Of a DNA stretch of 64,000 nucleotides, positions 55,200-64,000 are shown piece by piece. The notes under the pieces are model-generated. The model had not been told where the DNA came from. It made no database searches and saw only the letters and a list, made by a program, of their open reading frames with translations. Numbering within the stretch: the stretch's first letter is position 1; each line of letters begins with the position of its first letter. Source of the DNA: Octopus vulgaris (Eukaryota); assembly GCA_951406725.2 (NCBI GenBank), contig OX597818.1, positions 100,254,001-100,318,000 on the forward strand, in the 5' to 3' direction. The translations under genes were made by a program, and so were the position numbers.

Positions 55200-55480
55200 C
55201 TTTTCTACTATAGGCACAGGGGCTGAAATTTTTGAGGAGGGGGCAGTCGATTAGATCGACATCAGTAAGCAAATTGTACTTAATTTATTGGCCTCGAAAT
55301 ACCGCTAAACATTTCGTCCAGCGTGCTAACAACTCTGTCAACTCGCCACCTTAATATCAGCAGTAATAATTCTTTTTTAGGATCGGGGCCTAGCTTATTA
55401 CATCGTCCCCAGTGTGCAGAAAATTTTATCAATCCAGAAAAGGATACAAAGCAAAGTCGACCGCGGCGAAATTTGAACTG
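55200..55480 (-). mobile_element. Two internally deleted family A SINE fragments
   Basis: CTTTTCTACTATAGGCACAGGGGCTGAAATTTT...GAAATACCGCTAAACATTTCGTCCAGCGTGCTAAC and AAAGCAAAGTCGACCGCGGCGAAATTTGAACT. Confidence 0.75.
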
Positions 55481-55493
55481 ATCACTAATAATG

Positions 55494-55559
<66 letters not shown>

Positions 55560-55820
55560 TAATAATAATAATAATGATGATAATAATAAAAGTAAAAGTA
55601 ATTTATTTTATTTGCCACAAAGGCGAAGGGTGAGTGGGATAATAGAAAGCAAAACATACAATCTTTACAACACTTCCTAACCACCGAAAGTGCAATGCAA
55701 AACATTCCTTACTAAGCCTTGGATATGAATAAGTGCATGTGTGTGTGCGTGTGAGTATCTTTGTGAGTGTGTGTGTGTACATATAAAGAAACACTGTATA
55801 CGTGCGTCTACTTGTGTCTA

Positions 55821-55885
<65 letters not shown>

Positions 55886-56130
55886 AGAGGGATAGAGAGA
55901 GGGGAGGGAGAGAGAGTGAAAGAGTGTGAGATAGACAGAAAGAGGGAGAGAGAGAGATGCATAGATTGATGAATAGATAGATATATCACAAGCATCTATG
56001 TGTAGGCGTTGCGATATCGCAACGTACTTGTTGGCATGGAAGACTCCTTAGTGCATTATAAATCACAGAAATTTAACAAGCTCAGGTGGGCTAGCTGGCA
56101 AAAACACACACAAACGCCGCAGCGACATTC

Positions 56131-56313
56131 TGTGTGTGTGTGTATATATATATACATATATATATACATACATATACATATATATATATACATACATATA
56201 CATATATATACATACATATACATATATATATATACATATATATATATACACATATACATATATATATACATACACATATACATATATATATATATATATA
56301 TATTCACATATAC

Positions 56314-56344
<31 letters not shown>

Positions 56345-56419
56345 CATATACATATATATATACATACACATATACATATATATATATATACATATACATA
56401 TATATATATACACATATAC

Positions 56420-56473
<54 letters not shown>

Positions 56474-56555
56474 ATATGCACGTATATATATATATGTACA
56501 TATACACACACATATATATATATACACATATACATATATATATACATATACATAT

Positions 56556-56589
<34 letters not shown>

Positions 56590-56678
56590 ATATATGCACA
56601 TATATATATATATATATGTACATATACACACACATATATATATATATACATATACATATAATACATACATATATATAC
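56131..56678. repeat. Compound (TA)n/(TACA)n microsatellite
   Basis: Direct inspection. Confidence 0.95.
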
Positions 56679-57353
56679 TTTGATACTTTGATAGGTTTCG
56701 GCCATTATTGGCCCAGGCCATGTCTAACTTAATAGCACCACCTGGTGAAGTCTTTCAAGTCAGAATTTTGGCACTATGGCCCACTCAAGTAGAGAGTTAT
56801 TGTTTACAGAGACATATCCGGGTGTAGGGGGTTTATCCGGGATTTCTTGAAGGAATCTGTCCAAAGACTTCTTGAACCCTATAGGGTCAGTTTCTGTTTT
56901 AATGTGTTTTGGTGTAATGTTAAAGAGAGCGGGGCCAATTGAGGTGAAATAATTGTGCCGTATTGTTGTTATGAGATGAGAGTGCGATTTTTGTTTTGGG
57001 CGGATGGCACGGGGCCCAAGCCTTGGATGTACCTTAAAGGTGATGCCAACATCATTTGGGCAATGCTGATGGAATATTTTCCACATCATGCAGATGATGT
57101 AGCGCTCACGACGACGTTGGAGAGAATAGAGTTTTAGCTTTTCTAGTCGACCCCAATAGTCAAGGCCTGTCATGCCATCTATCTTTTTTGTGATTGCCCT
57201 TTGAGGTGCTTCAACTTTTATGATACCTTGTATTGTGTGGGGAGACCACAGTGGACAACAGTATTCAAGGTGGGGTCGGGCAAAAGTGGAGAAGAGAAGG
57301 ATAATGGTGTGGATATCTCTCGACTGGAAAGTTCTGAGAATCCAGGAACACAT
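56678..57353 (-). mobile_element. 5'-truncated CR1-group LINE (ORF2 C-terminal 197 aa + 3'UTR)
   Basis: Uninterrupted frame WILRTF...[13 protein letters not shown]...[31 protein letters not shown]...FKKSLDRFL..IPDKP, homologous to ORF 61245..62126. Tail TATCAAAG x2. Microsatellite on both flanks. Confidence 0.9.
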
Positions 57354-57354
57354 T

Positions 57355-57722
<368 letters not shown>

Positions 57723-57723
<1 letters not shown>

Positions 57724-58359
57724 TAGCAGTATCGCCCGGCGTTGCTCGGGTTTGTAAGGGAAATAACTATATAAGCATATTTAGAGAGTTATAGCCAAAA
57801 AATAGCAAAAAATGCATTAAAAATGGAAAAAATATGATGGTAAATTTTTAAAAAAATCGTTGACTCATCGTAGACATTTTTAGAGAGTTACTTCCCTTAT
57901 ATAATAGCGAAAAAATGCATTAAAATGGAAAAAAAACGATGGTAAATTTTTTTTTAAATCGTAGAGTCATGTAGACGCTTTCTTAGCCATTTCTGTTTTG
58001 GTGTCTTCAAGCCATGAAGTCGTTGTTCTAAAAGAACGCTGGTCTCCTTGACAACGCATTACGACGTTGATTTCCTTACACTCCCTTCCCCACAGGTGCA
58101 GGTGTGAGCGTGGACGCCAACTCCGCCGCCAACGACACACGAAAAATTATGCATTAAAATGGAATAAAAAATGATGTTAAATTATTTTTAAAATCGTAGA
58201 CTCATCGTCGACGCGCGGTAATACTCAGACGGGCTCGATATGAATCACGACTATAAGCTACCCGAATTTTGTTAAACTGCACCGCAAAATGTGGGAGTAG
58301 TTAGGAATCTAAATCGAAGGGGACAGACACTCACACAACTACAGTTTTATATATATAGA
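57723..58359 (-). mobile_element. Non-autonomous Helitron
   Basis: Minus strand starts a|TCTATATATATAAAACTGTAGTTG and ends ACAAACCCGAGCAACGCCGGGCGATACTGCTAG|t. Three internal copies of an ATGCATTAAAATGGAA...AAATCGTAGACTCATCGTAGAC unit. Confidence 0.85.
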
Positions 58360-58377
58360 TATACATAGCGCAGTAGT

Positions 58378-58970
58378 GGTGAGATGTGACAGCAAAGAAA
58401 AGCATACATTCACTCTCTGCATGCAATTAGACTCGGAAAGTTCGTGAGGAACCCATTGACCCAATTTGCTGACTTTTCCGATAGCACACAGGTCTCAATG
58501 AATGGTTGAATGACCAAATCCAAGCTTCTCTGCTAGTTCCTCAACAGTTACGATGAGATTTTGTTCCACCAGGGTTTTCAGGATGTCCTTGTCGAGTTCT
58601 ACAGATCTTTCAGGATGAGGCTCGTCTTCTAGGCTGTAGTTTATGGCTCGGAATTTCTGGAACCACCATTGACACTGCCTTACGCTTATTGTCCAATCCC
58701 CATATACTGCATTAATATTTCTTGTACTTTCCGTTGCGTTGTTGTCTTTATTGAACTCATAAAGCAAAATATGCCAAATATGCTCCTTTGTTACTTCCAA
58801 CATAGCTTTGAAAAAATAGCTGTTAAAATCGAAATGCACTCTTCAAAACTTGCACTATGAATAAGGACAAGATAAAATTACTACCTGCTTTTATAGCAAG
58901 TTAATATAAGTAGTTTATCCCATTCCCCTCTGACTTTTAGTTCAAGCTGTTGAAAAAAACCGCATTATTA
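58378..58970 (-). pseudogene. Truncated mariner (Tc1/mariner, Hsmar1-like) transposon: 5' end and transposase N-terminus
   Basis: HIWHILLYEFNK..NATE..RNINAVYG...WFQKFR..NYSLEDEP (HTH1), TVEELAEKLG..HSTI (HTH2), then a stop and IGKVSKLGQWVPHEL (mariner WVPHEL motif). Partial TIR TAATGCGGTTTTT near 58955-58968. No DDD catalytic domain. Confidence 0.88.
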
Positions 58971-59739
58971 TATATATATATATACATACATACATACATA
59001 CATACATATACACACACACTCTCTCTCACACACACATGCACACATTTATATTCTGTTATTCTTTTATATGTTTCAGCCTTGAGGTTGTGGCCATGCTGGA
59101 TCATGTGTGTGTGTGTGTGTGTCTATCTGTCTGTCTGTCTGTATGTATATATGTATAAGTATGTGTGTGAACAATAATATTTTCAACAGATGTGTTGCAA
59201 ATGTATCTGATTGTTCTCAAGCTTCAATACTGTGTGTGTGTGTATGTGTGTGTGTGTATGTATGTATGTATATGTATGCATGTATGTATATGTATGTATG
59301 CATGTATGTGTGTATGTATGTATGTGTGTGTGTATGTGTGTGTGTGTATGTATGTGTGTATGTATATATGTATGTATGTATGTATGAGTGTATGTTTACT
59401 TTATTACTAACACAAGCCACTACGGTTATTTAATGTAAAGTCTTCCTCAAATCACTCTCTCTCGTTATTTACTCTCTTCCAAGAACATGTTCACTCACTC
59501 TTATGTCTTAGCTTCCCATACATTTTACTCATGTATCTATCAGCGTCATAGACAGAAACAAATATTACATCGCCATCGTCACCGCATTCTATTGTCTACC
59601 TGTCAACACACTGAATTACTTTCACTTTATTCGTAGCACACTGTGTGTGTGCGTTTGCGTGTACTGTAAACCAGACTAAGAAAAGCATTTGACATACACA
59701 CCAGAATGTGAGTTTTCTGTAAATTTTGCTTAATTGGAG

Positions 59740-59886
59740 TTTAAATTTTAAAAACTGGACCTGGCATGACCCGATGCATTCTACTCTTAAAAATGCTAGG
59801 TAAATTGTAATTGAAGAAATCCTATATTGTAGATTTCTATAAGATACAAAGGGAGGCAGATAAAATCTGTCTTTTATAATAAGAGA
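59740..59886 (-). mobile_element. Probable Helitron 5' portion
   Basis: Minus strand starts a|TCTCTTATTATAAAAGACAGATTTTATCTG. 3' end not found; left boundary is approximate. Confidence 0.35.
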
Positions 59887-59948
59887 TATATACGTTTAAT
59901 GGCTGACGGTTAGTAAGGAGAGACACAAATAAGTGAGAAGAAAACAAA

Positions 59949-59992
59949 GACCACTGATGCGGTCACAGGAGTGTGACGAAAGAACTCTGGCC
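59949..59992 (+). ncRNA. Minimal hammerhead ribozyme-like motif (variant core)
   Basis: CCA-CTGATGC-G-GTCACA-GGAG-TGTGAC-GAAA-GAAC-TC-TGG: stem I CCA/TGG, 6-bp stem II, GAAA, minimal stem III, CUC triplet. Deviates from the canonical CUGANGA at position 9. Confidence 0.5.
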
Positions 59993-60106
59993 GAAATAAG
60001 ATTAAGATTAATGTAAAAAATAAATAACACTGAAGCAAAGTAACACCAAATATATAGTGCGTGTCTTTTTATTGGCTAAACTGGCAAAATGACCATTCCG
60101 AAATAT

Positions 60107-60109
<3 letters not shown>

Positions 60110-60143
<34 letters not shown>

Positions 60144-60718
60144 TATACATATATACATATATATACATATATACATATATATACATATATATACATATAC
60201 ATATATATACATATATATACATATATACATATATATACATATATACATATATATACATATATATACATATACATATATATACATATATATACACATATAC
60301 ATTTATATACATATATACATATATATACATATATACATATATATACATATATATACATATATATACATATATACATATATATACATATATACATATATAT
60401 ACATATATATATACATATATATACATATATATATATACATATATACATATATATACATATATATACATATATACATATATATACATATATATATACAAAT
60501 ATATATACATATATATACATATATATATATACATATATATATGCAAATATATATACATATATATATACATATATATATATATATACACATATATATACAT
60601 ATATACATATATATATATATACATATATACATATATATATACATATATACATATATATAGAAATATATATATATATACATATATATATACATATATATAT
60701 ATATACACACATATATAT

Positions 60719-60753
<35 letters not shown>

Positions 60754-60957
60754 CATATATATATACATATATATATATACATATATACATATATATATAC
60801 ATATATATATACATATATATATATACATATATATACATATACATATGTATATATATATACATATATATATATACATATATATATACATATATATATATAC
60901 ATATATATATCATATATATATATACATATATATACATATATATATATACATATATAT

Positions 60958-61008
<51 letters not shown>

Positions 61009-61091
61009 CATATATATACATATATATACATATATATATAAATATATATATACATGCATATATATATATAAATATATATATATATGTATTA

Positions 61092-61145
<54 letters not shown>
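60110..61145. repeat. ~1 kb compound (TA)n(CA) microsatellite
   Basis: Almost exclusively TA runs punctuated by CA. Source of the 250-418 aa artefact ORFs. Confidence 0.97.
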
Positions 61146-61176
<31 letters not shown>

Positions 61177-64000
61177 CTAGTTTCAGCTTATGAGCTGTGG
61201 CCATGCTGGGGCACCGCCATTTGGTGTTGCTACTTGGTTTCACTTCATGGAGGCTTTCTAGCAACTGCTATTTGGTGCATGAGAGAGTTCGATGCAGCTG
61301 CCCTCATCTGCCCCTCCTGCCGTGAAGTTGGTTCATCTGGGACACCTGACAGGAAGAGATCCAGCTTCATTTTAAAAACATCTGTATCCACCCCATGCAG
61401 GTCTCTCAGGTTCTTCGGGAGGATATTGAAGAGCTGTGGGCCTCGGAAGCCCAGGCTATCACAGAATCTTGTCCTACATCTTGATGGCAGGTTTGAAGTT
61501 CTAGGCACCACGCAGTGGCGCCCAGTTCTGGCATTTGCGTAACTCTCGATGCCAAAGTTCAGGACACTTCCCTCCAGGATCTTCCAGATGTATATTATGG
61601 CATATCTTTCCCGCCTACGCTCCAGGGAATATAATTTTAATCTCTTGAGTCTTTCCCAGTAGCTTACATTCTGCATAGAGGCTATCTTCTTTGTGTAGCT
61701 TCGTTGGATCGCCTCAAGTTCTGTGATCAACTTGATACTGGATGGTGACCATAGCTGAGAGCAATAGTCAAAGTGGCTTAGGACAAGTGTCTTCCAGAGG
61801 ACCATCATGGTTTTTTGTTCTCTTGTTCTAAAGGTTCTAAGAATCCATCCAGCCAGCCGTCTACATTTCATTGTCAGTTTAGCAACATGTACATGAAAAG
61901 TCGCGTCATCACTCATGTGAATACCCAGGTCACGCACTGATTGTGCCTCTGGGATTGCAATCCCTCCGGATCCAGTGTATTCATTGGGTATTGCATTCAG
62001 TTTTGCATGCTGATAGTATAAAGCTTGAAACTTTCCAGCATTGAACTGCATGCTATTCTTTTCAGCCCACTTGTATATTTCGTCCAGCTCACATTGCAGG
62101 TGTTTAGTGTTTTGTATCATCTGCATAACTTGTGATCGTGGCTCTCTGCATGGCTGAGGGCATGTCTGAGAGGGCCATTATGAACAGTAGTGGTCCCAGA
62201 ACAGTGCCCTGCGGAACACCGCTCACTATTTGTGTGTTAATGGAGGTGGCCCCATTGGCTACTACCACCTGACTTCTATCCTTCAGAAAGTCATGAAGCC
62301 ATTCTCCCAGTTTTCCAACTATGTTGAGATCACGCAGTTTGTGACATATCATTCCATGATCGAGTTTATCAAAGGCCTTTGCAAAGTCGAGATATATCAC
62401 TTCCACATTTGAGTGGTTGAGCAGCCGTTTCAGCACCCAGTCATAGTGTTGTAGGAGCTGAGTTAAACAGCTTCTCCCTGGTCGGAAACCATGTTGGGTG
62501 TCGGGCAGCAAGTCATTCTCTTCAAGGAAGGTGATCAGCTTCCTTCTGACTATTCGTTCCATGACCTTGCTGATGTGTGAGGTCAGAGAGATAGGTCTAT
62601 AGTTCTTGGCTTCCGCTCTGCTACCTCCTTTATGAATGGGGCATATTTTACCTTCCTTCAGTTTTCCTGGAAGTTTGCCAGCTGCAAGGAAGCTCTGAAA
62701 GAGGAACTGCAGTGGTCTTGCTAGGACTCTCTTACATGCTTTTAGGAGGATTGCCGGGAATCCATCGGGGCCAGTAGCTGAGGCTGTTTTCATTTCATCT
62801 ATAGCCTTGGTTACATCGTCTTCCTTTATATCGATGTAATCTATCGTCGCCGCCTCTGATTTTATATCTGCAGTGGTAAAAAAGTCAGTTGGATTGGTGA
62901 TTTGGAGATGCCCAAGGGGTGGAGTGAAAACACTCTTGAATTGCTCATTCAGTATTTCACTTACCCTCATTGGTTTTCCTGTAAGTGTGCCATCCTTTTC
63001 GAGGAGTGGCCCTATTCTACAGTGCACTGTAGCTGTTTCTTTGGCATACCTGTAGAAAGCTCTGGGGTTAGATTTTGTTTTCTATAGCCCAGGCTTCTTT
63101 GTCTGCTCTTTCTTTTTCATGGGAGAGTTGCAGACATTTTTCGATTTCCAACAGTTTTATTTTTAGGCGGGACTTTTCACTGCTTTCAATCTGTTTGTTT
63201 AGGCGATTTGAAAATTTCGTACGCCGTCTCATTAAAATTTTCCTCTCTCTGGGGATTTTGTTCTTGTGTACAGTGGCCTTTCTCTCTGGGACACATTTGT
63301 AGCATATGGCTTGCATTACAGACATGAATTGTTGAAGTTTCACGTCGATGTCTGGCGAGGAGAGACATTTAGGCCAGTTTTGTTTGAGGATCTCTTGCTC
63401 AATTTGTTTCCAGTTTGCCTTATGGTAGTTCAAGCTGGAAAGATTTTGAGGGTTTCTTGTAGGCTGCATGTCCGTGCTCTCCTTTGGCCCGTACATGGTC
63501 AGCTCTATCATGTTGTGATCCGAGAGTAGTGTCGGTGTCACTTTCACATTATGGATGAGATCCATGTCATTTGTGAAGCAGAGATCCAGTGTGTTACCTG
63601 CCCTGGTTGGTTGGAGTATTACCTGCTCCATGTACAGGGTGTTGATGAGGTTCAGGAGGGACCTCGCCTGTCCTCGTTCACATCTTGTCATTCCTGGGAG
63701 AGAAAGGCCCTCGGGCCATCTGACATTGGGCAGATTGAAGTCTCCCATAAGAAGCACACCTATGTGTTGTTCTAATGTGGTTAGAATTTCTTCTATTTTT
63801 ATAAGGCAGTCTTCAAACTTGCCCACATGGCTTGGGGCATCTGGAGGGCGATATGTAGCACACACAACTACATCAAGTTGCCTAATATGTACAATTAGTG
63901 TGTCACACACCGAGTTTGAGTATGACAAGAGGACCTGGGGTGTGAGGTCCTCACGGATGTACATAGCAACACCTCCATGACTCCTTTCTTTCCTGTCGGT
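61144..64000 (-). mobile_element. CR1-group LINE ORF2 (APE endonuclease + RT), frameshifted, with 3'UTR and (AATC)n tail; continues beyond window
   Basis: APE motifs GGVAMY, YRPP, GDFNLP, TRAGNTLDLCF, SDHNMI (63068-64000). RT motifs YRPISLTS, QHGFRPGRSC, YLDFAKAFD, GVPQGTVLGPLLF, YADDTK (62104-63027). C-terminal part at 61245-62126. Frame breaks near 63075 and 62110. Confidence 0.95.

Noticed and set aside
60008-61264. Long ORFs of 250-418 aa rich in Y/I/M/C
   Set aside because: Translations of the (TA)n(CA) microsatellite, open in several frames on both strands. The same applies to ORFs near 5.1, 16.0, 22.7, 28.4, 36.9, 56.0 and 57.2 kb.

Overview
AT-rich, microsatellite-saturated eukaryotic DNA with no recognisable host protein-coding gene, rRNA, intact tRNA or CRISPR array. 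The repeat complement and the long (TA)n/(CA)n/(TAGA)n/(TAA)n arrays resemble an octopus-type cephalopod genome; this is an inference from sequence style. Almost all ORFs in the track are microsatellite translation artefacts. The protein-like sequence is all transposon-derived: (1) a frameshifted CR1-group LINE ORF2 (APE endonuclease + RT) at 61.2-64 kb (-); (2) a second CR1-group 3' fragment at 56.7-57.4 kb (-); (3) three R4/Dong-type RLE-LINE fragments in (TAA)n arrays at 45.7-48.7 kb (+); (4) a mariner transposase N-terminus at 58.4-59.0 kb (-); (5) Penelope-like GIY-YIG and RT remnants. There are also more than 20 tRNA-derived SINE copies, several non-autonomous Helitrons and a MITE. The most notable observations are a hammerhead-ribozyme-like motif at 59949-59992, related fold-back Penelope-like fragments in (TA)n, a 470-bp palindrome inside a Helitron, a templated insertion at 1.9-2.2 kb, a 3' stem-loop shared by two LINE families and a SINE, SINE head/tail shuffling, and strong minus-strand bias of SINE insertions. 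I could not support a new protein-coding system here.
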